This document shows positions 16,512 to 26,713 of a DNA stretch of 40,863 bases, one piece after another. The notes below the pieces were generated by a model. The model did not search any database. It saw only the letters and a list, made by a program, of their open reading frames with translations, and was not told where the DNA came from. A program made the position numbers and the translations under genes. Numbering within the stretch: the stretch's first letter is position 1; each line of letters opens with the position of its first letter. Where the stretch lies: positions 1 through 40,863 of the IMG/VR virus record IMGVR_UViG_3300030207_002573, one strand, 5' to 3'. Origin of the DNA: a virus (taxonomy: Duplodnaviria > Caudoviricetes).

Positions 16512-17365
16512 TGAGTTTTACATATACAACGCTAAAAGATGCTTTGAAAAATTATACGCAAAATACGGAAGACCTTTTTTTAAATTCTATGGATATGTTT
16601 ATCCGTTTGGCAGAAGAGCGTATTTTAAAATCTACACAGTTAAATGTGTTTCAAAAGAACGTGACAGGTACCTTATCAACAGGTAGCCCATACTTAGCCG
16701 TGCCTAGTGATTTTTTATCACCACACTCATTAAGTGTGACAAACAACAGTTTATATGAATATTTACAATTTAAAGAGTTAGAGTTTGTACAATCTTATAA
16801 CCCTAACTCAGCAACAACAGGTACACCTAAATATTACGGACAATTTGATGTAAACTATTTTGTTATTGCTCCAACTCCAGACTCTACTTATACGGTGGAT
16901 TTAAGTTATTTTTATCGGCCCTCCAGCTTAACTTCAAGCCAATACCTTATTACTATGAATAATGTATCTGGAACTTTTGTTGTAACAGAAACAATAACAG
17001 GTAGCACGAGTGGACAAAGCTCTACTATATCAGTTGTTGAAAGTGCAACAAGTTTGACCGTCGGTATACCTAGCCAGAATTACACAGTTGGGGAAACCAT
17101 AACAGGCGGAACAAGTGGGGCAACAGGAGTAATAACCGCAGTAGGTGCGGATACAACAAATAGTTGGTTAAGTGAAAATGCTGAGGTTGCTCTATTGTAT
17201 GCCTCTCTTGCTGAGTGTTACCTTTTTATGAAAGGTGAGCAAGATGTTATGAATATGTACAATCAAAGATATGGTGAAGCTATCAATCGTTTGAAAAACT
17301 TAGGCGAGGCTTTAGAAGTAACAGATGATTATTCTGCAGGATACATCAAGAAAGAAAGAACATAA
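16511..17365 (+). CDS. Putative adaptor / tail tubular A-like protein with inserted repeat domain
   Basis: 'FIRLAEERI', 'GTPKYY', 'WLSENAEVALLY' motifs plus a GETITGGTSGA insert. Confidence 0.6.
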   Translation: MSFTYTTLKDALKNYTQNTEDLFLNSMDMFIRLAEERILKSTQLNVFQKNVTGTLSTGSPYLAVPSDFLSPHSLSVTNNSLYEYLQFKELEFVQSYNPNSATTGTPKYYGQFDVNYFVIAPTPDSTYTVDLSYFYRPSSLTSSQYLITMNNVSGTFVVTETITGSTSGQSSTISVVESATSLTVGIPSQNYTVGETITGGTSGATGVITAVGADTTNSWLSENAEVALLYASLAECYLFMKGEQDVMNMYNQRYGEAINRLKNLGEALEVTDDYSAGYIKKERT

Positions 17366-17658
17366 TGTTTACAGACAGTTTAAATATGTCAGATAATTTT
17401 TCAGTAGAAGTGCATACAACTAATAATAGGGGGGCAACTCCTGAAGAAGTAGCCTCAAGATGTGTTAAAAAAATAGTTTATGTGTCTGATAAAGCAGAGC
17501 CTGCAATAAGAGAACAAGCAAATGCGTTTGCTGCACATATTGAAAAAGTGATTGCCTCATATATGAAACAAGCTGTACAAAGTGATAGAACGACAGTTTT
17601 TAACGCTTTAGTAGATGCAGGACACCCAGAACTAGCTGAACTGATAAGGAGACTCTAA
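17365..17658 (+). CDS. Conserved hypothetical protein
   Basis: Coupled ORF; 'VHTTNNRG.TPEE' motif. Confidence 0.65.
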   Translation: MFTDSLNMSDNFSVEVHTTNNRGATPEEVASRCVKKIVYVSDKAEPAIREQANAFAAHIEKVIASYMKQAVQSDRTTVFNALVDAGHPELAELIRRL

Positions 17659-17659
17659 T

Positions 17660-18118
17660 ATGGCGTTTAGTGGGAATTTTATGTGTACCTCTTTTAAAAA
17701 AGAGTTACTCTATGGCGTACACGACTTTGATACCTCTGCTTCAGGTGATACGTTCAAATTAGCTTTATATACTAACAGTGCCTCATTTACTGCGGCAACG
17801 ACAGCCTACACTACAAGTAATGAAGTGTCTGGAGCTAACTATTCAGCAGGAGGGGGAACACTAAATACTGTTGATCCTACTACTTCTGGCACAACGGCTT
17901 TAGTAGATTTTGATGATTTAGTGTTTTCAAATGTTACCATCTCTGCAGTAAGAGGAGCGTTAATTTACAATACTACGCCTGATACTACGTCGCTCTCGGT
18001 AAGTAACCCCACCGTATTAGTTCTGGATTTTAGTTCAGATAAGGCAGCTAGTGGGGGAGATTTTACTATCGTTTTTCCTACGGCAGATGCTTCGAACGCT
18101 ATAATACGGATTGCATAA
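17660..18118 (+). CDS. Putative virion structural protein
   Basis: 'CTSFKKELL.G.HDF...FKLALYT...AIIRIA' pattern. Confidence 0.7.
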   Translation: MAFSGNFMCTSFKKELLYGVHDFDTSASGDTFKLALYTNSASFTAATTAYTTSNEVSGANYSAGGGTLNTVDPTTSGTTALVDFDDLVFSNVTISAVRGALIYNTTPDTTSLSVSNPTVLVLDFSSDKAASGGDFTIVFPTADASNAIIRIA

Positions 18119-18850
18119 ATGACCGATGTTGTTGTTCCATTTGGGGGTTGGGGAAGTTTAGGACAGGCTTGGAATGTCCGTGGATGGAATGATGCAATTA
18201 TTACAACAAAAACTGTCACAGTAGTTGCTACTGGTGGTGGTAATAAATATTTTATAGATGGCGTTCAACAACCTACTTTAGTCTTGGCAAGGGAAACTAC
18301 TTACACTTTTGATGTATCTGATTCCTCAGTTTCGGGTCATCCTTTTAGGTTTTCTACTACTTCTGATGGCACACATGGGGGAGGTTCTGAGTATACTTCG
18401 GGAGTAACCGTTTCGGGTTCTGCAGGTTCGGGTGGTGCCACTGTTACTTTCGCTGTTCCAGTAGATGCACCCGACCAATTATATTATTATTGTAGTAATC
18501 ATAGTGGTATGGGTGGTGGAGTTACCGTCTACAATATAGCTATCGTTCCTGGAGCAAGAACAGCAACAACAGCCGTTGCATCTTCAGGTGGAACAGCCGT
18601 CACAATAACAGGTCTTGCAGGCACAAGTGGTTTTGGTTCAGTTATTATTAGTGGTGCTGATACTACTATATTTATAACAACTACTGATATTATTGGAACA
18701 GCCTCAGTTGGGAATGTAACTGTTATAGGAGATGCAAATATCCCCATCGATGTCACAGGATCTGCTGCGGTTGGCGTTGTAGGTTTTGGATTTGTGTGGG
18801 GTCTTAATGTTCCAGACCAAGACCCTAATTGGCAAGAAATAGCTGCATAA
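18119..18850 (+). CDS. Structural protein with cupredoxin-like domain
   Basis: 'SGHPFRF...LYYYCSNHSGMGG' supplies His/Cys/His/Met ligands. Confidence 0.65.
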   Translation: MTDVVVPFGGWGSLGQAWNVRGWNDAIITTKTVTVVATGGGNKYFIDGVQQPTLVLARETTYTFDVSDSSVSGHPFRFSTTSDGTHGGGSEYTSGVTVSGSAGSGGATVTFAVPVDAPDQLYYYCSNHSGMGGGVTVYNIAIVPGARTATTAVASSGGTAVTITGLAGTSGFGSVIISGADTTIFITTTDIIGTASVGNVTVIGDANIPIDVTGSAAVGVVGFGFVWGLNVPDQDPNWQEIAA

Positions 18851-18859
18851 GGAGTTGAT

Positions 18860-20191
18860 ATGAGTACCTATGTAAATAATTTAAGATTAGAAGAAATTGG
18901 TTCTGGTGAACGCGCAGGAACATGGGGTGATGCAACTAATACTAATTTAGAGCTTATTGGTGAGGCTTTTGGGTATGGCACGGAAGCATTAAGCAACGCG
19001 TCTACTGCAACTATCACAATGGCAGATGCTGCTTCAGATGGGGTGCGTTCTATTTACCTTAAACTTACAGGGGCTTTAGGACAAAACTGTACAGTCACTC
19101 TTGCCCCTAATACTGTTTCTAAAATATGGATTATTGAAAATGCCACCACAGATTCTGGTTCTAGTGGGCCTTACTCTACTATTATAAAACAAGGAAGTGG
19201 GGCAACAGTCACTATTCCTAATGGTGATAGAAAAGTTGTTATAACAGATGGTGGTGGTGCTAGTGGTATTGTTTATGATGCGTTTACTGATTTAAATTTA
19301 GCAGGAACAACACAGGCGGCTATTCTCAATACCACAACAAGTTTGCAAACACCTTTAATTGAATTTACAGATGGCGATGATGCTATAGCTATAGCTGATG
19401 GTGGCTTAGTTACTATGGCAAAAGTTACAGCAATCGGGGGAACAACTGCAGGAACAGGTGCGTTTACCACATTAGAGGGTACAACGGTTACAGCCTCTAC
19501 TGCTTTTGTGCCAGATGCCTCGGGTGGGGCAGATCTCGGTACTACCTCTTTAGAGTTTGGTGATGTCTATATAGCTGATGATAAACAAATTAAATTTGGT
19601 AGTGACCAAGATGTCACCATGGAATATGATGAGGATGGCACAGATACATTACTAATTTCAGGCGATGTGACTATTGCAGATGGTACTAATGATTTAAATA
19701 TCGCATCGCACGATGGCACAAACGGTTTAGCATTAGCAGGAACAGTCGTAACTTCTAGTGCAGCAGAATTAAATTACAATGATATAACTACACTTGGGAC
19801 ATCACAGGCAAGTAAAGTAGTTACCGCAGATGCAAATGGTGTTGTAACTTTTGATAATGGTAAGATTGAAGAAAGCACTGCTATCACTTCTTCTAGTAAT
19901 GCAGCAACTCTAAACCTAAGAGATGGTGATAACTTTACTCATACATTATCAGAAAACGTAACATATACTTTTTCCAATCCCGCAGCTTCTGGTAAGGTTT
20001 CTGCTTTTACGTTAAAAGTTGTACAAGATAGTAGTGCAAGAACAATCACATGGCCTACTTCAGTAGATTGGGCAGCAGCAACCGCTCCCACATTAAGTAC
20101 AGGAAGTGGTGCAGTTGATGTTTTTGTTTTTGTCACTTATGATGGTGGTACAATATATTACGGATTTACTGCAGGACAGGCGATGGCATAA
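18860..20191 (+). CDS. Tail fibre protein
   Basis: 'GTWGDATNTNLELI' N-terminal anchor; T/A/G-rich shaft; 'RTITWP.SVDW...PTLS' tip domain. Confidence 0.75.
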   Translation: MSTYVNNLRLEEIGSGERAGTWGDATNTNLELIGEAFGYGTEALSNASTATITMADAASDGVRSIYLKLTGALGQNCTVTLAPNTVSKIWIIENATTDSGSSGPYSTIIKQGSGATVTIPNGDRKVVITDGGGASGIVYDAFTDLNLAGTTQAAILNTTTSLQTPLIEFTDGDDAIAIADGGLVTMAKVTAIGGTTAGTGAFTTLEGTTVTASTAFVPDASGGADLGTTSLEFGDVYIADDKQIKFGSDQDVTMEYDEDGTDTLLISGDVTIADGTNDLNIASHDGTNGLALAGTVVTSSAAELNYNDITTLGTSQASKVVTADANGVVTFDNGKIEESTAITSSSNAATLNLRDGDNFTHTLSENVTYTFSNPAASGKVSAFTLKVVQDSSARTITWPTSVDWAAATAPTLSTGSGAVDVFVFVTYDGGTIYYGFTAGQAMA

Positions 20192-22197
20192 TGAGTACAG
20201 CAAAAAAATTACTTTCTGGTTCTGCTGCTGGTGCAGACCCAATTTATGTAGAAGATGTATTTGCCACTCATGTTTTTACAGGCAATGATGGTTCAGCCAC
20301 ACGAACAAATTATCTCGACCTCGCAACAGATGGTGGGATGATGTGGGTAAAAAACAGATTAACCTCAGATGCATGGAGAGTGTTTGATACAGCAAGAGGT
20401 AATGCAAAATATCTTACATTAAATTCTACTGCTCAGGAATATACTGGGTTTAATCAGGCTTTTACAACAACGGGTTTTTCATTTAATACAGACGATGCTT
20501 CTGTTAATGAACTTGGTGATACGTATATGACCCATAATTTCAAAAAAGCAGAAGGTTTTTTTGATGTATTTACATACAATGGAAATAGTAATGGTTCTAA
20601 TAGAACTTTCAGTCATGATTTAAATGCTGAAATAGGTTTTGCTGTTATCAAAGTTACTAATCAAGATGGTTATAATTGGTACTGTATGCACAGACAATCA
20701 GGAAGTGGGCTTACAGCGCAATACGGATTGTTTGATGCAATTAATGCTTTTGCAAACGGTGCGATAATACATTCTCATTCAACTACTGAAGTTACTTTCA
20801 GTAATGCTAATGGTTTTAATCAATTAGGGCAAACGTATGTTGTTTACTTATTCGCACATAATGATAGTGATGGGGGATATGGGCCTAACGCAGACCAAGA
20901 TATAATCAAATGTGGCGTAGTCACTGGAGGTTCAACTTCAACAGTAGATTTAGGTTTTGAACCACAATGGCTACTCACTAAATCAGTTACCGTAAATAAT
21001 AGTTGGTATATATTTGATACTCATCGTGGGTTCCATGGCCCTGGAAGAGGACCTCGGGTTTTAAATCCAGGATACTTATCTGCAGAGTACACAGAATCTG
21101 CAGATGCAGTGAATATGACACCAACGGGATTTACCTTCAACCCAAACAGATTTAATGGTAATGCTACATATATGTATGTGGCAATACGTCGCGCTCCCAT
21201 GAAAGAAGCTGAATCTGGTAAAGATGTGTTTGATGTTTCAAAATATACAAGCAGTGTTTTTACACCTTATTTTCAGAACGCTGACGGTAGTAAATATATG
21301 GCTTGGATTTCACCAGATGATACGGTGTTCCAAAAACAAACGAACGGCACTGAGGCAGCATTTGCATGGCCTGTTGCTAATAGATTAAGAAGTCTTGATG
21401 ATATAACCAGTTGGACAGTGACTACTACAACAAGCACTCCTGCTTTATTTTTTCATAACACAGACCAAGAATCGACTAGTGGAACTAAAATAGGTAGGTA
21501 TCCTGGAACTACAGGGAATGGAGGAGGTAACCCTGCTTCTTCTACTTTGATTGGTTACGATAGCCCGAACGATAATGTGGTTACTGGATACGCATTTAGA
21601 AGAAGTCCAGGATTCCATGATGTTGTTGTTTATACAGGAAGTAATAGTGCAGATAATGTTGTCAAGCATAATTTGGGTGTTACACCAGAATTTATCATAA
21701 CAAAAGTTATGAATTATAATGGAGAAGATTGGCACGTTTATGTTAATGGTATAAGTAATTCGTTTATTTTAACTGAAGCAGGAGCAGTCTATAGTAATGC
21801 AATCACCGCAGTTTCCTCTACAAGTATGACGCTTGCAAATGATCGCAAGGTTAATTGGTCATATAATTATGTAGCGATGATGTGGGCCACACAAGCAGGT
21901 GTATCAAAAGTAGGTACATACACAGGGACAGGGGGTGACATAACCGTAGATTGTGGTTTTACGGCTGGCGCTAGATTTATAATAATTAAACCAAATGCTA
22001 CTGGCGCATGGTATGTTTTCAATTCAGCAGATGGAATTGTTGCAGGTAGTGACACATATGTACGATTAAATGCCACAGATACATCAGCTTCTGCTGATCT
22101 TATAGACCCTGATAATTCAGGGTTTATTGTAACTTCTACTGGAGGAACTACTATTAATAATAGTGGTACGGTATACGCTTTCTTGGCGGTTGCATAG
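20191..22197 (+). CDS. Tail fibre / receptor-binding protein
   Basis: Repeated 'FDV.TY.G...H.L...P.FII.K' modules common in marine phage fibres. Confidence 0.7.
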   Translation: MSTAKKLLSGSAAGADPIYVEDVFATHVFTGNDGSATRTNYLDLATDGGMMWVKNRLTSDAWRVFDTARGNAKYLTLNSTAQEYTGFNQAFTTTGFSFNTDDASVNELGDTYMTHNFKKAEGFFDVFTYNGNSNGSNRTFSHDLNAEIGFAVIKVTNQDGYNWYCMHRQSGSGLTAQYGLFDAINAFANGAIIHSHSTTEVTFSNANGFNQLGQTYVVYLFAHNDSDGGYGPNADQDIIKCGVVTGGSTSTVDLGFEPQWLLTKSVTVNNSWYIFDTHRGFHGPGRGPRVLNPGYLSAEYTESADAVNMTPTGFTFNPNRFNGNATYMYVAIRRAPMKEAESGKDVFDVSKYTSSVFTPYFQNADGSKYMAWISPDDTVFQKQTNGTEAAFAWPVANRLRSLDDITSWTVTTTTSTPALFFHNTDQESTSGTKIGRYPGTTGNGGGNPASSTLIGYDSPNDNVVTGYAFRRSPGFHDVVVYTGSNSADNVVKHNLGVTPEFIITKVMNYNGEDWHVYVNGISNSFILTEAGAVYSNAITAVSSTSMTLANDRKVNWSYNYVAMMWATQAGVSKVGTYTGTGGDITVDCGFTAGARFIIIKPNATGAWYVFNSADGIVAGSDTYVRLNATDTSASADLIDPDNSGFIVTSTGGTTINNSGTVYAFLAVA

Positions 22198-22210
22198 AAA
22201 AGGAAAAAAT

Positions 22211-22705
22211 ATGACTGAATATAGAGATAAATCCTCAGGAGAGTTAAAAACAAAAGCAGAGTTAATAAAAGATAATGCAAATATGTCTTTCCCTGCAGTC
22301 TGGAATGATAATGTTCTCGAAGCCCTTAATATAGATCCAGTTCTAGAGTCCGCACAACCTGAAACGAGTGCTTACCAAAAAGTGCAACGTAATGGTGCCA
22401 AACAAGACAGTAGCGGTAATTGGGTGCAAGTTTGGGAAGTAGTAGATATGTTTGCAGATACTACTGATGATGATGGTAAAGTTACAAAAAAAGCAGAGCA
22501 TGAAGCCGCATATCAAGCTACTTTAGATGCAGAGACTGCTAAGAATATGAGGATTGCTAGAAACAACTTGCTTGCAGAAACAGATTTCCATGCGTTGCCA
22601 GATTCACCAACAATGTCAGATGCAATGACAACTTATAGACAGGCATTAAGAGATTTACCTGCTCACAGCGATTGGCCGAATGTAGATTTTCCGACTAAAC
22701 CATAG
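22211..22705 (+). CDS. Tail fibre assembly chaperone
   Basis: 'RNNLLAETD...YRQALRDLP...WP' motif; probable start MTEY after the AAGGA RBS. Confidence 0.8.
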   Translation: MTEYRDKSSGELKTKAELIKDNANMSFPAVWNDNVLEALNIDPVLESAQPETSAYQKVQRNGAKQDSSGNWVQVWEVVDMFADTTDDDGKVTKKAEHEAAYQATLDAETAKNMRIARNNLLAETDFHALPDSPTMSDAMTTYRQALRDLPAHSDWPNVDFPTKP

Positions 22706-22715
22706 GAATAAAATA

Positions 22716-24641
22716 TTGCCTCTGACTAAATTAACATTCCGTCCAGGAATTAATAAAGAAACTACTTCTTACAGTAATGAAGGGGGTTGGTTCGATGCTG
22801 ATAAAGTACGGTTTAGAGCAGGATTCCCTGAAAAAATTGGTGGTTGGCTTAAAAAAGCCTCCTCTGCAATTCTTGGTTCTGCAAGAGCTTTACATAATTG
22901 GAGTGCTTTAGATAATAGTACAATTATTGGTATAGGCACTCATCTAAAATATTACTTGTTAATTGGTCAAACATTTTTTGATATTACGCCTGTTCGCTCA
23001 AGTGTAACAGGTGAGGCTACTTTTGCGGCAACTAATGGTAATTCTACCATTACAGTTACAGATGTCGGTCATGGTGCTTTACTGAATGATTTTGTAACTT
23101 TTTCTTCTGCTGCTTCTCTAGGTGGTAACATCACTGCTGATGTATTAAACCAAGAATATCAAATTACTTCTGTTCCTAGCACTAGCACTTTTACTATACA
23201 AGCTAGAGCCGCAGGTACATCCATAGCTTCTATAACAACAACGAGTGGATTAAACCCAAGTCTTGTTAATGCTAATAGTAGTGATACAGGTAATGGTGGT
23301 GGGTCAACTGTTGCTACCTATCAATTAAACGTAGGCATAGATGTAGCCGTTCCAGGAGTTGGATGGGGAGCAGGAACATGGGGTAGAGGCACGTGGAACT
23401 CAGATGCAGATACTGGAAACAGCACTCTTAATTTGCGAATATGGTCTCACGATAATTTTGGTGAGGATTTATTAATTAATGTAAGAGATGGTCAGATTGC
23501 ATATTGGGATAAATCTGGTGGAACAGCAAACAGAGCTGTTTTATTAAATTCATTGTCTGGTTCTGATTCTGCCCCTACGATTGCAAAACAAGTAATTGTT
23601 TCAGATGTTGATAGACATGTTATCGCGTTTGGTTGTGACCCTGCAGATAATATAGGAACTCAAGACCCTTTGCTGATTAGGTTTGCAGATCAAGGAAGTT
23701 TGACAGATTGGGCTTCTACAGCTACTAATACGGCAGGTGATTTGAAACTAGGTGTCGGGTCTGAAATAATTAGAGCAGTCGAAACACGCCAACAAATCCT
23801 TGTGTTTACAGAAACAAGCGTCCACTCTATGCAGTTTATTGGGCCTCCTTTTACATTTGGGTTAAGCACAATAGCAGATAACACAACTATTGCAGGGCCT
23901 CTTGCTGTAACTTCAGTACAAGATACAGTGTTTTGGATGGGTAAAAATGAATTTTATATGTACACAGGCACCGTTCAAAGGATGCCTTGTACTGTAAGAG
24001 ACCATGTATTTTCTGATTTAAACTGGTCACAAGGCAGAAAAATATTTGCTGGATTAAATTCTTCTTTTGCAGAAATCTGGTGGTTTTACCCTTCAGAAGC
24101 CAGCACAGAAAACGATAAATATGTTATCTACAATTACGAGCAACAAATTTGGTACACAGGTTCGTTAGCTAGAACAGCTTGGTTAGATAGGGGTATAGAA
24201 CAATACCCCATTAGCGTTAGTACAGATCATTATGTATACAATCATGAAAATGGTTTTGATGATGGCAGTACAGAACCGCCTTCTGCCCTTAATGCACATA
24301 TAGAGTCAAGTCAGTTTGATATAGGAGATGGTGATCAATTTTCATTTGTTCATCGGCTTATACCTGATATAACTTTTAGAAACTCTACAAATACCTCTCC
24401 TTCTGCTTCATTTACTTTACAAACTAGAGCAGGTCCTGGAAGTGCTTACACGCAAAATGACCCAAGCACAATTACGCGAACAGTAGCAGAAAGCACAACT
24501 ACAGTAGAACAGTTTACAGATTTAGTTCATGTGAGGTTACGAGGTAGATCTTTTGCTTTGAAGGTTTCTTCTACTGCTGTAGCTGCAGGATGGCGATTGG
24601 GTTCTCCAAGGGTAGATGTAAGACCAGATGGTCGTAGATAA
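22716..24641 (+). CDS. Tail nozzle / tubular protein B-like stabilisation protein
   Basis: 641 aa, beta-propeller-like; 'PGINKE.T.Y..EGGW' start; TTG start with AGGA RBS; precedes ejection genes. Confidence 0.7.
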   Translation: MPLTKLTFRPGINKETTSYSNEGGWFDADKVRFRAGFPEKIGGWLKKASSAILGSARALHNWSALDNSTIIGIGTHLKYYLLIGQTFFDITPVRSSVTGEATFAATNGNSTITVTDVGHGALLNDFVTFSSAASLGGNITADVLNQEYQITSVPSTSTFTIQARAAGTSIASITTTSGLNPSLVNANSSDTGNGGGSTVATYQLNVGIDVAVPGVGWGAGTWGRGTWNSDADTGNSTLNLRIWSHDNFGEDLLINVRDGQIAYWDKSGGTANRAVLLNSLSGSDSAPTIAKQVIVSDVDRHVIAFGCDPADNIGTQDPLLIRFADQGSLTDWASTATNTAGDLKLGVGSEIIRAVETRQQILVFTETSVHSMQFIGPPFTFGLSTIADNTTIAGPLAVTSVQDTVFWMGKNEFYMYTGTVQRMPCTVRDHVFSDLNWSQGRKIFAGLNSSFAEIWWFYPSEASTENDKYVIYNYEQQIWYTGSLARTAWLDRGIEQYPISVSTDHYVYNHENGFDDGSTEPPSALNAHIESSQFDIGDGDQFSFVHRLIPDITFRNSTNTSPSASFTLQTRAGPGSAYTQNDPSTITRTVAESTTTVEQFTDLVHVRLRGRSFALKVSSTAVAAGWRLGSPRVDVRPDGRR

Positions 24642-24934
24642 TGGCTAGGCTTTTACCTCCCCCACAGTTTCCTATTGCCCCGAGGGAATATACACAAGAG
24701 TACGCAGATTCTATTGTAAGAACATTTAGTATTTTTATACAACAGTTTTTGAGTCCAGGAGAAGGCAGAAATACAAATTTAACTCTTACTGCTTTGCAAG
24801 AAAATGATTTTAATTTAGAAACAGGCGCTCTTTTTCAACAAGATGGGTTTGTAAAAATAGTGACAGCAAATCGTCCGCACCCCAGTGGAATTAGTGCAAC
24901 GGCAAGTACAGGATCGGTAACTGTTACAGTATGA
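24641..24934 (+). CDS. Hypothetical tail-associated protein
   Basis: Coupled ORF (TAATG). Confidence 0.6.
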   Translation: MARLLPPPQFPIAPREYTQEYADSIVRTFSIFIQQFLSPGEGRNTNLTLTALQENDFNLETGALFQQDGFVKIVTANRPHPSGISATASTGSVTVTV

Positions 24935-25034
24935 TGAAAGTAGGTTGCGAAAAAGTTTTCTTGACTGTATGCTTCTTGCAGCGTAGTCAGGAATCGCTCC
25001 CTGCATAGATGTAAACGATTTAGGGTATCGCAAT

Positions 25035-26711
25035 ATGCAAGGAATTGAATCTTTAGGTTATGAGGTTAAAGACCAACCATTAGTTCCTGATGGTGGTATG
25101 CAAGAACTTAAAGGTGCTGCTGATTTACTTGCAGAGTTTGGTAGAAATGGCGATACGTATGTAGTCCATGCGGCTGAGGGTGAAACAGTGCTTCCTTTGG
25201 AAGTATTAGAAAGTAACCCCAAACTAAAAACAATGATATATCAACAAATGGAGGAGCTTGGGCTACAGCCAGAGCGGTATGTTGTTGGTAATGAGATGAA
25301 CTCGTTAAACCCTGTTACAGGACAACCTGAGTTTTTCTTTAAAAAATTATTTAAGAAAATTAAAAAAGTAGGCAAAAAAGTTATCAATATTGCAAAAAAG
25401 GTAGCCCCTATTATTTTGCCGATTGTTGCTCCTTTTTTGTTACCTGCTATGCCTCTTTTTCTTACGGCAGGTATTGGAAGTCTAGCTGGTAATTTGATTG
25501 CAGGTAATGATTTTAAAACATCGTTAAAAAATGCTGTGATTGCAGGTGGTATGGCAGGTGTTGGTTCTGCTTTATCTGCAGGTAGTTTAGGAGGATTTAC
25601 AGCTACACCTGAAAGTATGGGTTTACCTTCTATAAAAAGTGTTTTTGGTCAAGGTGCTACACCTCCTCCTGCTATTAGCCCCGATGTTGTTCTTAATCAA
25701 GCAGTTCCTGCAGGAGAATTTGGTGGTTCGGCTTTTGGAGTATCTAATGCGCCAGTTACAAACCAAGTATTTGCAGATGCCGGATTGGGGCTAGGCGTAG
25801 AAAATATTGGTTTAGATGCAAGTATTCCAAGTATACCTATAGATACAGGTATCTCTAATAATTTAGTTGCATCTGTTGATCCCAACTTTGCAATCGATCT
25901 AACTACACCACCAGTTAGTGGTCAATCAGCCGCAGGAAGGTTTCTAGAAAGTAAAGCTAGAATGAGCGCCAACCCTTTTGAATTGAATAGGGCAACAACA
26001 ACCCTTAACCAAACGATGCCAAGTGGACAGTTAGCAGGAGCTCCGCCCGAGTTGTTTCAGTCTGGTTTCCAAACTCCCGTGTCTCCTCAAATGGTTAATA
26101 ACAACGTGGGTTTAGGGGCGAATGTTGATTTAACAGGAGCAGCTCCAACCGATGCACGAATGGGCGATTTTCAATCTTTAAACCCAACAGTAAATGCACA
26201 AACGACAAGTGGTTCATTTTTAGATGACCCAATACAAGGGATACAAGATTTATATGGTAGGTACTTATCGCCAAGCCGTCCTGGATTAGCTGAAGATGCA
26301 GGTGTTCTTACAAGATATGGGCCATTATTAGCAGTTGGCGGAGCTGGTATATTAGCAGCAGATGCATTATTTCCTGCAGAACAAGAAGCATTAGATAAAT
26401 CAGCATTTGAAAAAACAGGGCAAGATTTATTAAAAGAAGATATTGCTTCTGGTAGATTCCAATATGGTTTTAATCCACGGATATTTTACGGTTCAAACCC
26501 ATTTTACCAACGATTTACTCGAGCTAGGCAGGGTGGTGAAATAGAAGGTCCTGGAACAGGAACAAGTGATTCTATACCTGCTATGTTAAGTGATGGTGAG
26601 TTTGTAATGACGGCAAAAGCTGTTAGAGGTGCAGGTGGTAACGATCGTGAAAAAGGTGCAAAACGAATGTATGCAATGATGCGACAATTTGAAAAAGAAG
26701 CGGCAGCATAA
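25035..26711 (+). CDS. Putative internal virion / ejection protein
   Basis: 'GRNGDT..VH', 'NPVTGQPEFF', hydrophobic Gly-rich segment, 'GPGTGTSDSIPAMLSDGEFV'. Confidence 0.65.
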   Translation: MQGIESLGYEVKDQPLVPDGGMQELKGAADLLAEFGRNGDTYVVHAAEGETVLPLEVLESNPKLKTMIYQQMEELGLQPERYVVGNEMNSLNPVTGQPEFFFKKLFKKIKKVGKKVINIAKKVAPIILPIVAPFLLPAMPLFLTAGIGSLAGNLIAGNDFKTSLKNAVIAGGMAGVGSALSAGSLGGFTATPESMGLPSIKSVFGQGATPPPAISPDVVLNQAVPAGEFGGSAFGVSNAPVTNQVFADAGLGLGVENIGLDASIPSIPIDTGISNNLVASVDPNFAIDLTTPPVSGQSAAGRFLESKARMSANPFELNRATTTLNQTMPSGQLAGAPPELFQSGFQTPVSPQMVNNNVGLGANVDLTGAAPTDARMGDFQSLNPTVNAQTTSGSFLDDPIQGIQDLYGRYLSPSRPGLAEDAGVLTRYGPLLAVGGAGILAADALFPAEQEALDKSAFEKTGQDLLKEDIASGRFQYGFNPRIFYGSNPFYQRFTRARQGGEIEGPGTGTSDSIPAMLSDGEFVMTAKAVRGAGGNDREKGAKRMYAMMRQFEKEAAA

Positions 26712-26713
26712 TC

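Noticed and set aside
20191-22197. Diversity-generating retroelement target in the tail fibre
   Set aside because: No reverse transcriptase and no adenine-variant template repeat seen in the window.
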